The notes below the pieces were generated by a model. That model was not told the DNA's origin. It saw only the letters and a list, made by a program, of their open reading frames with translations, and did no database searches. The position numbers and the translations under genes are program-made. Below, in pieces: positions 1 through 14,061 of a stretch of DNA of 64,000 nucleotides; within the stretch, counting starts at the first letter, position 1; each line of letters begins with the position of its first letter. This DNA is from Octopus vulgaris (taxonomy: Eukaryota): NCBI GenBank assembly GCA_951406725.2, contig OX597830.1, positions 26,846,001-26,910,000 on the forward strand, written 5' to 3'.

Positions 1-309
1 CCCTCAGTTGCTAATGACTTCTGGTTCCTATTGAGAAATACAAACAATCAACGCATCTCACAAATCCTGGGATTTACTAAGCATAAACATCCAGGTTAAT
101 CTGATGAGAATAATTCCCTCACTTCCAACGTACTTAATGACTTACATTTACTTCAAAAGTCATGGATGGAGGGTAGACAAACCTGAAGCAGACCTGGAGA
201 AGAAAGGGCATGTCATTATGAGGATGCGAATGGTGACAAAAGGATGTACATACAAACATTACATATATACATTACATACATACGCACGTATATACTTACA
301 AACATAAAA

Positions 310-952
310 ACATGAATACATACATACAAACATACATACATTCATACATACATTGAGAAATCTGCAGGTACTCTATCCAGATTACAAGTTCAGGTATATA
401 CCTGTAATTTTTGGGGCCCTGGGATATGTAACACACTACCTAAATACCAATCTTGAGAAATTAAGCTTCTCAAAATAAGAAAGGAGAAAGCTTATTTGAA
501 GATTACAGATCCAATCCATCACTGGAACTGTGAAGATCTGTAAAACTTTCCAGAAGTTTATCATTTAAATATATATATGAGCATGTCTAGATATGCAACC
601 ATATGCATGAGAATACAAACATAAAACAAAACATATAAATCTGCACACATACATAATACATACATACATAAATACATACATACATACATACATACATACA
701 TACATACATACATACATACATACATACATACATACATGCGTACATACATACATACATACATACATACATACATACATACATGTGAACAAAATACACTGTT
801 GTTGATGCTGAAATTCCAATAAAGGCGCCTTGGATCTAGGTTAGAGACTGGCTCTTTCTCTATTGGCAAGAAATCTTGAAATAAAAACTGAACAATGACA
901 TACATACATACATACGTACATACATACATACATACATACATACATACATACA

Positions 953-984
<32 letters not shown>

Positions 985-985
985 C
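310..985. repeat. (TACA)n/(TATG)n microsatellite cluster
   Basis: Long TACA runs at ~650-780 and ~900-985; these produce the spurious MYVC ORFs. Confidence 0.9.
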
Positions 986-1107
986 ATGAAGTGGTATGGA
1001 TAGACGATTTAAATAAATAAAGGTTCATTCAACACCTTTTAGCAGAGTACATATATTGATTAAATATTATTCTTTGATTTTCTTGATAACATACATATCA
1101 TACATAG

Positions 1108-1151
<44 letters not shown>

Positions 1152-1273
1152 AACCTAGAAAAACGATCCCTTTCACAAAATATTCAAATGCCTCTTAAGT
1201 CTCCTTTCATAATTTCCTCTGTGTATTTTGGTTTTTCATCTTCATTGCATTTTCTTTTTTCTTTTACAAATTC

Positions 1274-1991
1274 TCCGTTTGTTTTTTCTGTTTCTTTTCA
1301 ACCCCATTCGATCTAATGACGTTTCGATAAACTCTGAAGTCTCTAAAGTGTAACACACCAAATTAGGAAAATACAACCGTTTCTGATTTTGATATTATAT
1401 TCTTTGTTGTATTATGTTTTTTTCCTCCCATCTTCATGTATTGTCAGTGAAGACGCGTGGCCAAGTGGTGTTGTACTCACACCTAAGGTGGTGCACTTAC
1501 AATCGCGGGACCATGGTTTCGATTCTTAGACCAGGTCGTATGTTATGTTCTTGAGCAAAACGCTTCATTTCACATTAGTCTTCTACATTTAGCTGTCAAT
1601 AAGTAACCCGGTGGGAATATTGTAGGATGGACGAATTTCATGGAAAACTTGAGAAAGCGGGCAACCGACTCCATAAGCCTTTGGAATATATATATATATA
1701 TCGCTAGTCTGTTCACTATGTTTAATCCTTTAATTCTTTATTAATGAGAAAACAAAAATAAATGCAAAATATTTTTGCATTAGGTGTGAGTACAACATCA
1801 CTTGGCCACGCGCCTTCACTGACAATACATGAAGATGGGCGGAAAAAACATAATACAACAAAGAATATAATATCAAAATCAGAAACGGTTGTATTTTCCT
1901 AATTTGGTGTGTTACACTTTAGAGGCTTCAGAGTTTATCGAAACATCATTAGATCGAATGGGGTTGAAAAGAAACAGAGAAAACAAACGGA
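1274..1991. repeat. Local inverted duplication, ~210-bp arms (1274-1487 / 1780-1991)
   Basis: ACCCCATTCGATCTAATGA...GTACTCACACCTAA recurs as its reverse complement TTAGGTGTGAGTAC...TCATTAGATCGAATGGGGT. Confidence 0.9.
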
Positions 1992-2754
1992 AAAAAAATT
2001 TCTTTCTTCGCCATAGTGTTGGACTACATTGGTAGAGTCTTCAGAGTATCAGACAGAAAACTTCGCGGTATTTGTCCTAAATCTCTGGGCTTTGAGTTCA
2101 AATTCAGCCATGAGCAGTTTTGTGTTTAATGCTTTTGGGGTCGATAAAAAGATTCCAGGGGTTTGGATAGATAGAATTGTAAGAACCTTGGACCAGATGT
2201 CTTTTGTAGCGTTTCTTCTGACTCCTGATGTTCTGTTTTTAAATCCCGCAAAAGGCCAAGTTTGCTTTTCATACTTTGGGGGTTGATAAAGGTAAAGTAG
2301 CAATCCAGGGCAGGAGAACGGTGGAACGGAAGAATTTTGGACCGAATGCCTTGTGGTATTTATTCTGATTCTTTGCATTCATAATTCATATCCCACCAGA
2401 GTCTTTCTACTCAGGTCGTAGACGTAATCCGTCATCCAGTTTAACACCACCACCTGACACCTCGGTACCTTTAATAGAGTCTATTCTGTTCAAAGTATTT
2501 TTGGCATGAAGTTACCTTCCTCCCAGCGTTGTTGGATTCCCTGTAAAGGATCGCAAACATTGCATTCTTGTATACTAAAATATTAAAATGATAAATAATA
2601 AAACTGAACCTTTTTACCCAAATCCTCGATCTTAGGGAAAAGACAAAAAAATTTACACTTGCATCCATATAATTCTTTCTTAACCATAGAGTTAGAAAAG
2701 TTTAAGAGTTTAAAAGTTAAAATTTATTTTATTAAATATGCCTCCTGTCAGGCG

Positions 2755-3148
2755 TCACAGACCCTCATCTCTTAAATTTATACACCCCTTCTATGTGATT
2801 TTCCCGCCTCCTTTCCAATCCAAACAGGTTCTCACCTCTATCAGATTTCTCCACCCAGTTTTTACTTCTCACAGACCTTCACTTCTATTTGATTTTCCCG
2901 CCTTCTTTTCAATCGTCATTGGTTCTCACTGCTATGAGATTTAGCCGCCCCTTTTTAAGCTCTCACATATATTCACTTCTATGTGATTTGTCCGTCCCTT
3001 TTCAGTTCTCACAGTTTTTCACTTCTAAGGGATTTCTTCGCCCCCTTTTCATATATCACAGACTTTCACTTCTATGCGATTTTCCCGCCTTTTTTTCAAT
3101 CGACACTGATTCTCACCGATATGAGATTTCTCCACCCTTTTTTCAGTG
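2755..3148 (+). repeat. Degenerate tandem minisatellite
   Basis: The motif TCACAGAC(C/T)TTCACTTCTA(T/G)GTGATTTTCCCGCC..TTTCAATC..TTCTCAC..ATGAGATTT is repeated 3-4 times. Confidence 0.65.
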
Positions 3149-3304
3149 AAAGGCAATGAATGTGTGTGCGCGAACGCGCGCCTGCTATTCACTGACAAAA
3201 CTTCGTGCTGCATCACTTTTGTGAAGTTTTGTCAGAGAACAGGTCGCGGTTTCAAAATGACGAAAATATTTTGACACATGAAATTTTAATGTTGAAGTGG
3301 AACT

Positions 3305-3504
3305 GGTACTATTTAGATACAGAGGTCCCTTACTTAAATACAGAGGTACTACTTGAATACAGATGTTACGTAAATGTACGCTGTGTAGATGTGTAATGAC
3401 ACCCTAACCAACCCTAAAACTAGCCCTAATCGTAACCCTACAACTAACCCTCCTCTTCATATCGTTGCGTAGGTGCATCGGGACCTCTGTATTTAAGTAG
3501 TACC
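3305..3504. mobile_element. MITE-like element with 25-bp TIRs and internal degenerate CCCTAA repeats
   Basis: GGTACTATTTAGATACAGAGGTCCC ... GGGACCTCTGTATTTAAGTAGTACC, with internal ACCCTAAC/CCCTAAA/CCCTAAT units. Confidence 0.65.
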
Positions 3505-4444
3505 GTGAATCTAATGGTTTCTGTGAGTTCTTGAATAGCTTACGAACATCTACACTGCAATTGTTTTTGTTTCAGCACATGATCTCATATCAAGTCACTT
3601 GCTATGCAAATATATCGCTGTAATTTTTTAAAATCACTGTGGATAAATGCCAGCAATGACCTTCTCAGGCTCTCCAATATTTTAATTTCCGAACAGACAC
3701 AATCAGGGGCAGGGAGTGGGGTTGCAAAACTTCATAATTTCTTAAATTTTCTTTTTTATAGCATATAAATGTATTTATGGGGGGAAAATATTGAAAAACA
3801 TCAACACATGCGAGAGCGATAAAGAAATGAAGAGGGTTGTCTTTGGATGTGCTAGAAACAACAACAAAATTGTCTTTAAATCGCTTTTCCTTTAAAATAT
3901 TAACATTTAAACAATACTCTTCCCATGGTGTTGAAGTGCAAAAAATTGGTCAAAATAGTTTTGGAGTGGGATGATGAGCGAAGGGGTGTAAAAAAAAAGA
4001 GTTTTCAAAACTTTTTCATACAAAGACGTCCCACCCCCAACCCCATCATTTCGTAGGCTGTGGTTTTAAAAAATTGGGAAAATCCCCGTAAACATTTTCC
4101 CCACAAATTTCTTTGTAATCAAATTTCTGCTGTTTGAAAGGGATTTGTTTAAATTTTCATTAAAAGATATCCATCTTCCTGAAAGTTATGAGGGGAAAAA
4201 GTCAGATCATGTGGATTTTCTGAAATTCCTCTCTCCACCGCCTCGCAAAAATTCTTTCCCATAAATCCCTGTATACTCTAAAGCCACAACATCTGAGCGG
4301 TATTTGTAGAAAATTTTGTTAAGAAGTATCCATTATTCCGGGTGTTATGAGGCAACAAAGTCGGGGGTGTATACATCTGTAGTAATGCCTTTTTATTCAT
4401 ACGATTTTTTTCATTTCATTTTTATTTCATTCATTGTTTGCAAT

Positions 4445-4492
<48 letters not shown>

Positions 4493-5065
4493 TCTCTCTC
4501 TCTCCCTCTCTCTCAGATGGGCTGCTGAATTGAAATCTCTATATTGCTTTGAAGGGAAAGTACAACTTGACAAACTTCTCCCTCTGTTGGACTACTCTGA
4601 TGTTTGTTTAAAAAAGAGAGATTATGGCTGTGATAAAATAATAGAAGCAATATTTACTAACCAAGTAAGCACTATTATGCAAAGAAATAATTAGAGGTAA
4701 AATATATAAATTATTAGAAATTGGAATCAAATGTGAAATTAGTATCAAGTGGCTAACAGAATACCGCCCACAGCGCGGTCTTTCTCTTAGTGTTAAATAA
4801 TTTGGTTACAGCTTAGATTTACAGAGCATTTATCAGTCATTGACCTGCAGTTACACATTCTGTGTGTCATGTTTGCGCTTCAGATTAATGGGTAAAGTTA
4901 ATATTAACTATTTTTAATATCACCAAACAAAGGCGTTTGTTAAGGACGACGAGATGATAGAATATTTAGAATGTCGGAAAAGTGCTTCGTGGTGGTATTC
5001 GATTGACGCTCAACACTTTTGCCGTTCGTCTGGCGCGGGAGAGCCTGTAAAACATTAGGACACAC

Positions 5066-5096
<31 letters not shown>

Positions 5097-5454
5097 TGTA
5101 TGTATGTATGTATGTATGTATGTATGTATGTATGTATGTATGTGTGTGTGTCCTGTTATTTTTATTGTATTTGTGTAACATTGTTTATTTTTTATCGTCC
5201 TTGTTTTTGTATACATTCGCTGCTTTCTTCCAAGGAATCCAATGCTCTTAGCTTAGTTTTTCCTTGGGGCTGGCCAGATTGGAGCAATCTCAAGTATAAC
5301 CAGCCGAAATTGCGAAGATGATCTGGTACTTGACTGAGGAAATAAAACTTCGAATGGCCCATACTTGTTTTCTTTGTATCGTCTATCTGGATGTTTTGTT
5401 GTCCCATTTTTGTATCACCTAGCTGTCCGGACGTTTTGCGTTCTTGTTCCATTT

Positions 5455-5494
<40 letters not shown>

Positions 5495-5571
5495 CATACA
5501 TATATATATATATATGTATATATGTGTGTGTGTGTGTATATATATATATACACACATACACTCACGCATAT

Positions 5572-6700
5572 ACAGGGTCTTGCAGATAAATTGAGATAAT
5601 TTTTACGATGCATAAAACTGGTTGTAAATACTAAAGTAATCATAGAAGACAGATATAATTTTAATGTAACATTTATTACAACATAAAATAATGTAAATAT
5701 AAATTTAATGTAATATTTATTACAGCAAAAACATTTATTACTGAATAAGGTCGCCCTTTTGGGAAATTACTGCCTCTACACGAGAGCGAAATTTTTGGCA
5801 GTCTGTTACAATCTCCAGCTTTTTCATTTTGCGTGTCGCACGTACGATGCAAGTCTTCAAACGGTTGACACTCGAGTGTGGTCCTTGCTTGAAGCACGCC
5901 CCATTAAAAAGTAATCGAGAAGATTGAAATCTGGGCTGTTACTGGGCTAGATATTGGACCTCACAAAAAATGGCACCTTCTCACTAAGGAGGCCCTATAT
6001 TGCTTTTGACCCATGGCATGGTGCAGAATCCTAGATATGCACCCCATTGTCAAACCCAAACTGCTGCTCCATCCAAGGTAACAGAGAATTCTTTAGGATG
6101 TCCAGATATTCCTTTGTGCCGATCTTCAAGCCAGATTCAATGAAGTGTGGAGCAATGACACTTCCATCACTCGCCACGGCTCTAAATACCATCACTCGCC
6201 ACGGCTCTAAATACCATCACAGAGGCAGGATTCTTAGTCGCAAACACAGTGGGGGCGTCAGGAGTGTTTTATGCAATCACTTGAGGATTTCTGCTATTTA
6301 CCTCAGCGTCCACAGTGAACTTCTTCCCGCCCTCACACACGAGAGCTTTTCCTGCACCTTGATGTTTGATGAATGACAAAAGCTTCGGACTTCTCTCGGC
6401 TCTGATTGCTTTGGCTTTACGTGTTTGGAGTTGACGGCGTTGTCGAACATATCTAGTCATGCCAAGGTTCCTGTTCACGACTCTGGACATCGTGGAAAGG
6501 GACACATTGCGTTTCTTTACAAAAGTTGTCATGGATGTGGATGGTTTGGCTTCAATCATTTGAGAACCTGCGAGAAACTTTGGTTTGCACTTGGAAACAC
6601 TTCGAGTCTTGTGTTCTTTTCTATCAATCTTTCCCTCTTCTTTAAATTGTTTATACACAAAATAAACTGTTGGTTTTTGGAAGTTTCGTCAACTGTTGTC
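5572..6700 (-). pseudogene. Decayed Tc1/mariner-superfamily transposase
   Basis: ORF 6269-6658 has an HTH-like region (PSTSM...VSLSTMSRVV). Downstream minus-strand fragments read (Q)DSAPCH and SPDFNLLDY, and the terminus is TACAGGGT. Confidence 0.7.
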
Positions 6701-6701
6701 T

Positions 6702-6812
6702 AGTCCTTATTCTATCGGTCTCTTTTGCTAAACCGCTGGTTACGGGGACGTAAACACACCAGCTTCGATCGATTTTAAAGCAATGGTGGGGGGACAAACA
6801 CAGACACACAAT

Positions 6813-6893
<81 letters not shown>

Positions 6894-7057
6894 GACTGGC
6901 TTGTTTCAGTTTCCGTCTACCAAATCCACTCGCAAGGCTTTGGTCGGCCCGAGGTTATAGTAGAAGACACTTGATCAAGGTGCCACGTAGTGGGACTGAA
7001 CCCGGGACCATGTGGTTGGTAAGCAAGCTACTTACCACACAGACACTCCTGCGCCTA
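6702..7057 (-). mobile_element. tRNA-derived CORE-type SINE (family A)
   Basis: Matches the full copy at 25214-25650 (GGTTCAGTCCCAC B-box, ACCTTGGGCAAGT-like core, internal (CA)n). Confidence 0.85.
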
Positions 7058-7423
7058 TACTTGTATTCATTCTTGACCATAAGTTTCTTGGTGACTGTTT
7101 TCAGTGCAGTTGGTTTCGATCATGTTTTCAAAGGTTGAAACACTTCAATGGGCAGAAGTGCTTTTTCAGCGAGTCAAATTCCTGGAATGGGCGGTTTTGT
7201 ATTGTATGTACTCATGTGTATATGAGTGTTTTTTGTGTGTCTAGGTGGGTGTGTGCAGTTTTGTGTTTGCTGTGGTGAGCGTTCTTGTATGTGCGTGAGA
7301 GTAATTATGTTTGTGTCCTTACCTGTCTGTGTGTGTGGTACATGTTTGTATGTGTGAGTGTGTGTTTGTTTTGTAGCTCATTTTAGTAAGTAAAATGTTA
7401 GGAATATAAATAGAGAAGAAAGG

Positions 7424-7675
<252 letters not shown>

Positions 7676-7694
7676 ATGAATTGACAGATTGACA

Positions 7695-7985
7695 GATAAC
7701 TTTCTTTATTGGCCACACAGGGCTGAACACAGAGGGGATAAATACAAATGTAGAGCTTTTATTTTCGAAGATGAAAAAAGAATAAGGAAGAAAAAAGGAA
7801 ACAAATGTAAAATTCCGATCAAAAGGGGTCGGAATATAACAAAGACGATCAAAAGGGATCGTGTATCACAGAAAGAAATTTTATTTAAAAAAAAAATGTA
7901 ATAAACAAGATTAGGTTCATCCGTGGAATGAAAAGCCTATAAAAAAAACCACGGTAACCTCAGGTAGGGAGAAAATAAACACATG
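7695..7985 (-). mobile_element. 3' end of an L1/Tx1-type LINE abutting (TATC)n
   Basis: The minus strand ends CTCTGTGTTCAGCCCTGTGTGGCCAATAAAGAAA, similar to the LINE 3' end at 55220-55252 and the insert at 60211-60300. Confidence 0.55.
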
Positions 7986-9004
7986 AGAGCAAAGTGCTCT
8001 CTCTCTCTCTCTCTGTCTTCTACGATTTACAGGATCATGCTCAAAGTGGTTTCGTCACTCGCACACACCATCTTTGCTACGTTCACCCACCTTTTTTTGA
8101 AACTTTCTCAAGACGAAAACCTGCCTCTCCATTCTCACCTTCCTTTTCAAGTGGTACTGACAGATAACTAGCTAGATATATAAATAGAAGGCTGTGAAAT
8201 TTTGGAAAAGTGTTTGTAAAGTTCAAGGCTTCTACTTACATGAAAGAACATTGCATGCATGTTTTACATATTACGCAGTATTTTTCCCACACCCCTTGTA
8301 TAATGAGGTACGACTATAATTTAACCAATGATCTTGTTTATTTCATTATATTAATTACATTTTCGTAGAACAAAATTATAATTGCACGTTTTACTAGGTA
8401 CTCAAGTATTATAACTTTCTTAAAAATTACAATTTTAAAAATCCGCTACACATTTGGTAGCCCCTTGCGGTGTTATATTGGAGAATCTTTGTGGTTGGCT
8501 GTGATTTGTAGGTGTGTTGGCTGCTTGTTCTTGTAGGCTGAGCAATTGGGCTGAGACACCCTCGTATTTTCCCGTGTCTTAATGACAAAGGGAAATAAGA
8601 ATAAGAATCACAGAAGTCTCTATGTGATACAAAACGTACTTCTATCCTCCACCCACGAGCAAGTATATCTTTGTAGCATGTACTATAGTGTCTTTAGTTA
8701 TTTGTAGATGTCCATATAGTCGAGAGCAAACATAGACACCATCTGTGCCCCTTCACCATTAACCTTGGGGAATAACCAAGGCATCAAAAGCTGAGGGAGA
8801 GGAGACTGTACCAGCAGCTGGTTGGTACTCATTAACAGCCAAGTAGACTGGAACAGCGTGAAATGAAATGCTTTGCTCCAGAATATATCGCACCGCCTGT
8901 TCCAGAAATTTGACTCACTGAAAAAGCACTTCTGCACATTGAATTGGTCCAACCTTTGAAAACAGGATTGAAACCAATTCTACTGAAAACAGTCACCAAG
9001 AAAC

Positions 9005-9240
9005 TGATGGTCATCTCTAGTGAAATGTTTGGATAGATCTAAGTGGATCGAAACCGTAGAGAAGGCAAGTTTATTACCCAAACTCTCAATGATAAATCGT
9101 ATGAGGTAGAGGCTTCCCTGGGTTGATCTGACAAGGCATATATCTGCGACTTCTCGATTACTGCTGAGGACAAACGTAAACTTTCTCAAAAGACTATGGC
9201 TTGACGAGATATGGAAGGAAAGAAAACTGCACCTATTTTC
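9005..9240 (-). pseudogene. L1/Tx1 reverse transcriptase fragment
   Basis: Reads RSTQGSLYLIRFII...IHLDLSKHF, matching GRsi.dN...D.sKAFD; homologous to 11740-11860. Confidence 0.55.
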
Positions 9241-10144
9241 AGACGAGCAGACTGGAGCAACATGAAACGAAGTACCTTGCTCAAGGATATTATGCATAGC
9301 TCATTCCAGGAAGGGAACCAACAATCTTATGTTTCAGAGTCGAATTTCTTGACTTCTCGCCCACATGACTTTCATTTAGGCAATGCAACAACCTTCCTAT
9401 CTCTTTCGGCAAGGTACACAAATTTTCCGTATTTCACGGAAGATGAAAAATGGATTTTATGGATTACATTATCAATATCTATCACTTAAGTGACGCGCTT
9501 GCAGAAAGTATGGCAGCATTTCTTCTGATTCCTTATAGTCTGTGTTAAATCTACGCCGAGGTCAACTTTGCGCTTCATCCTTTCGAGATCGATAAATTAA
9601 ACTTGAACTGAGCACAGGGATCGATGTAATCGACTTATATCCGTCGCTCAAAAATTTCTGACCTTTTGCCCAAAAGTGAAGTCAAGTGAAATAGGGTTAG
9701 GGTTAGTGAAATAGAAGTGAAAATTGCAACGGTGTTGACCAAGAGGTATTTTTTTCCTAAACAAGTCACCTTTTGCCTTACATTGGTAATTTATGCTTAG
9801 TAATTTCAAATCATGGTCATGAAAAGTTCAAAACAAATGTAAGGAAGAGACTATGTCGAGCTGAATCAGACAACCTCAATGCATATCTCGTACTGATTAC
9901 TCGAACAAATAGAAATAAAGAGTAATTTATTGCACGTACAACTCCAACTGCTTTTAGTATCAGAAGCATTGACATAATGATTACAGATCCATGTTGTTAT
10001 GCATATCAATGACTTTAACCCTACCGCCCACTATCACCGTTACGACCGTCACCACCATCATTGCTGTCGCCACACGTTTACTTTTCTTGATTTATAAACT
10101 GGTTTTACCTTTCATTCCCCCGTCTCCGAGCAGCCATTATCTAT

Positions 10145-10209
<65 letters not shown>

Positions 10210-10214
10210 ATGTG

Positions 10215-10535
10215 AAAGCGTGTGACTTAGTGGTTAGGACATTCGGCTCCTGATCGTAAAGTTGTGAGTTCAATTCTCCGAAACACGTTGCGTCCTTGAG
10301 CAAGACACTTTATTCCACGTTACTCCAGTCCACTCAGCTGGCAAAAATGAGAAGTACCTGTAGTTCAAAAGGCCGGCCTTGTTACGGTCTGTGTCGAGCT
10401 GAATCTCCCTGAGAACTTCGTTAAGGGAACACGTGTCCGTGGAGTGCTCAGCCACTTGCACGCTAATTTCACGAGCAAGCTGTTCCGTTGATCGTATCAG
10501 CTGGGACCCTCGTCGTCGTAACCGACGGAGTGCTC
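10215..10535 (+). mobile_element. tRNA-derived SINE (family D head, tail shared with the 19876 copy)
   Basis: A-box TGACTTAGTGG, B-box AGTTCAATTC, CCTTGAGCAAGACACTT; tail ends CTCGTCGTCGTAACCGACGGAGTGC. Confidence 0.75.
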
Positions 10536-10639
10536 CTATATATATGCGCAGGTGTGGCCATAGGGGCAGGAGTGGCTGCGTAGTAAGTAGTTTGTTTACC
10601 AACCAAATGGTTCCGGGTTCAGTTCCATCGTTAAGAAGC

Positions 10640-12385
10640 GAAAAATAGCTTTATCTAGTGCGATAAAAACCGGAACAAGACAATAGACAAAAAGGCGATG
10701 TATGCGTTGTTCATCTCTATCCAAACTTTCATGGATCATTTTCTCTTAGCAAAATCTTTAGTAAAATTGACCTCTGTGCTCATATTTCGTCTATTTTCTA
10801 TTTGTCTAGTGATTCAACTCGACCCAACAAACGTTGTTCTAATGACCCACAGCACTGACCATCGCAGACTCGCTTCTATGAGAGCTTAGTTAGAAGCCCA
10901 TTGAATTTTCTTTCTAATGCGCGCTTCTGTTACTGCCTTCGTATTTTTTCTGTATGGTGCCAACCACGTCGACTTCCATTGTGCCCGACACTACAACAGT
11001 GACGTCTCTGTGTATAAGAACACGTCCTTTTCACATCCCAGTTAGGGCGGGATTCTCTTCACCATCTTTAGCGTCTGTAAGAATGGATCGAAAGCCGACA
11101 AGACTAACGAGATGTCAGCATTGACGGCACGAGGGTGTAATTTGAAAGTTTCGATTGGCGACCATTTAATATGACTACTAAGCAATTGCTTCTTATTTCT
11201 TTATTGCCCACAAGGGGTTAAACACAGAGAGGACAAACAAGGACAGGCAAACGAATTAAGTCGATTATATCGACCCCAGTGCGTAACTGGTACTTATTTA
11301 ATCGACCCCAAAAGGATGAAAGGCAAAGTCGATCTCGGCGGAATTTGAACTCAGAACGTAACGGCAGACGATATACCCATTTCTTTACTACCCACAAAGG
11401 GTTAAACACAGAGAGGACAAACAACGACAGACAAACGGATTAAGTCGATTATATCGACCCCAGTGCGTAACTGGTACTTATTTAATCGACCCCGAAAGGA
11501 TGAAAGGCAATTTGAACTCAGAACGTAGCGGCAGACGAAATACAGCTACGCATTTCGCCCAGCGTGTTAACGTTTCTGCCAGCTCGCCGCCTCTGTACAC
11601 TGCTTCTGTACACTGAAATGATTCTGCCTTTCAAAACAACCGAAATCAGCTCCATTGAGGACAGCAGTCAAAAGATTGATGGTAGTCTCTATTGAAATTT
11701 TTGGATTGTTCCAAGTGAATCAGAGATCCAGCGAAGGCAGGCTTATTTCCTAGTTTCATACAATATATCGTATGAGGTAGAGGTTGTCATAGATCTGCCG
11801 GGCATAGATCTTTCAACGTTTCCCTGACCACTACCGTCGACAAATGTAAACTGTCTTAAGGGCTCCTTGTCTGAAACTCTGCGTTCAACGGAATTATGGC
11901 CCAATAATTGTCTTCCACAGCAGTGACCTGACCTCTAGTTAACTCGGCTAGGAATATCTCTAGTTCGCTGCCACTAGCAACAGGCACCTGCCAGCTGAGA
12001 GACGAACAAACCTGCCATGCATTGATATAGTTCATAAAACAGATTATCCAAACTGAGCGATTTCCTATTGAATAACGACCCACAATCAACCGTATTCCAG
12101 CTGCCGTGATCATGCTTTAAACACTATTTTTTTCTGCCGAGGGTCAGAGCATCTCATAAAGTAGCTACGAAAGTCCACAGTCTCCAGTTCACCATCGTTA
12201 CCCCTAAACGATTAGTCAATAGGCTACCGGAAAATCTCACCTGCCTGCTGGAGTAGAGCAGCACGCGTCCGTCCTTAATTGTCAAATAATTAATTGCGTC
12301 TTTGTTTCCATAATGTATCTCTGACACCTTGTATGGATTTCTTGCCTCATATCTAAGGGAACATATTTTAGCTCTAACGACATAG
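10640..12385 (-). pseudogene. Decayed L1/Tx1 ORF2 (RT region) interrupted by SINEs
   Basis: Minus-strand fragments in RT order: NYWAIIPLNAEF (NYRPI.LLN.DY), RQIYDNLYLIRYIV, AFDPFLQTL, and frameshifted YT(D)DVTVVV near 11000. Confidence 0.6.
11190..11592 (-). mobile_element. Tandem pair of family B SINEs (Meta-like central domain)
   Basis: Two copies with GAGTTCAAATT B-box, GCCTTTCATCCTTT..GGGGTCGAT and a TGTGGG..AATAAAGAAA tail. Confidence 0.85.
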
Positions 12386-12395
12386 CTTTTACAAT

Positions 12396-12625
12396 TGGGC
12401 GAGCTGGCGGAAACGTTAGCACGCCGGGCGAAATGCGTAGCCGTATTTCGTCTGCCGTTACGTTCTGAGTTCAAATTCCGCCGAGGTCGACTTTGCCTTT
12501 CATCCTTTCGGGGTCGATAAATTAAGTACCAGTTACGCACTGGGGTCGATGTAATCGACTTAATCCCTTTGTCTGTCCTTGTTTGTCCCCTCTATGTTTA
12601 GCTCCTTGTGGGCAATAAAGAAATA
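12396..12625 (+). mobile_element. Family B SINE, full length
   Basis: GGCGAGCTGGCGGAAACGTTAG...GTCGACTTTGCCTTTCATCCTTTCGGGGTCGATAAATTAAGTACC...TGTGGGCAATAAAGAAATA. Confidence 0.9.
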
Positions 12626-13589
12626 TACATGTAGAATAATACATGTAGAATAAATGGGAGAATGACATTTGTACCACTAGCACGTCAGTTGCGACGCGTT
12701 TTTAAAATTACTTTTTCTAATTTTCTCATCAGTTTCCTATATAACCTGTTGGGCTCTCGTTATTTACTAACAAAACAAAATTCAAATCTAGATAATATGT
12801 ACTTGGTTTGGTGAGGTTTGTTCATGTCTACAAGAGAACCCGGAACTCTTAGAAATCCACTCGGTATCTGTTTGACAGTCGGAATGCCCTGGGTTGTAAA
12901 ATTTTTACATGCATTCCTATCGGTTATACCGACACAAACCCAGTGTACACCAAATGTCATTACAGTCGGTCACTTGTACTAACACGTGTGATATTCCCAT
13001 GATTGACTCCAGATAACTAAAGAAATTCTAACATCCTACTACAATCCAAGTACAAACGTTTCAGCTTTTCAATTCAGGGACCCAACTACCCACCATCTCG
13101 GTTCAAGAAAATTGCCGATATAACCTCGAGATCCAGACCTTTCCAAGATAACATTTCTACCCTCTTGATCCGGACTGACTGAAAAATGTGCTTCACCTCA
13201 TAGTCTTCGAGAAGGAGTATGGGTGATTGCTATCGCCACGAAGTTTTTGATATGTTCTCTCTCCGTGCAAGTCTGGGTCTGAATTATTTGTGTTTGAGTT
13301 CTTTGTATGTTTGTGCCAGTCCATTTGGGTGTGCATGTGTATGTGTGCGTAGGGGTGGAGTGAGATGGGCGGATGGGCTGGTTGGGTGGGGGAATCGGAA
13401 GTTCGTCCATTATCCTTTTGCTTGGTGGTGACATTAGATCCACCGGCCTCTTACAACGTTGCTGCTATCCTTGGGGTCCTGCCATTTGAGTTTCCCACTT
13501 AGGCTAGAAATAAATGTGAAGTAGTTAAGCTCAGGAAGTGTTTGGTTAAAACTGATAATTTTTTCCTCTTCCTTTAACCTTGCAAAAAA

Positions 13590-14060
13590 GATAACAGCGA
13601 CAACAATAACATCAACATCAACAACATCCACAATAATAATAATAACAATAACAGCCACAACAACAAGCAGAATAACTAGTGGTAGTAGTAGTAGTAGTAG
13701 TAGCAACGATTTACAGCATCAACAGCAACAGCAACAACGAAAACAACGCCAGTAATAACAAGAATAGCAGCAGCAGCAACAACAGCATCAATAACAATAA
13801 CAAGAACAGCAGCAGCAGCAGCAGCAGCAACAAGATGAACAGTAACATCATCAACAGCAACAAAAATAACGCTAGCAATAAGAACAACAATGTCAGCTAC
13901 AACAGCAACAACAGAAGATACACCACCACCACCACCACCACCACCACCACCGCCGCCGCCGCCACCACCACCACCACCACCACCACCACTACCACTAACA
14001 ACAACAACAACATGAGCAAAAGCAATAACATCATTAACGACGACAACGGCAGTAGCAGCA
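13590..14060. repeat. Compound trinucleotide low-complexity tract (AAC/AGC/ACC/AGT)
   Basis: Direct reading; a paralogous tract lies at 26370-27250. Confidence 0.85.
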
Positions 14061-14061
14061 G

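Noticed and set aside
5145-5456. Unique segment between microsatellites with a GGCTGG/CCAGCC-GAAA stem
   Set aside because: Probably a mobile-element end, but it has no recognisable HHR core or coding motif.
12690-12735. Minus-strand CTGATGA...AAAA-CGCG-TC hammerhead-like motif
   Set aside because: GAAA is mutated and there is no stem I pairing; at best a dead relic.
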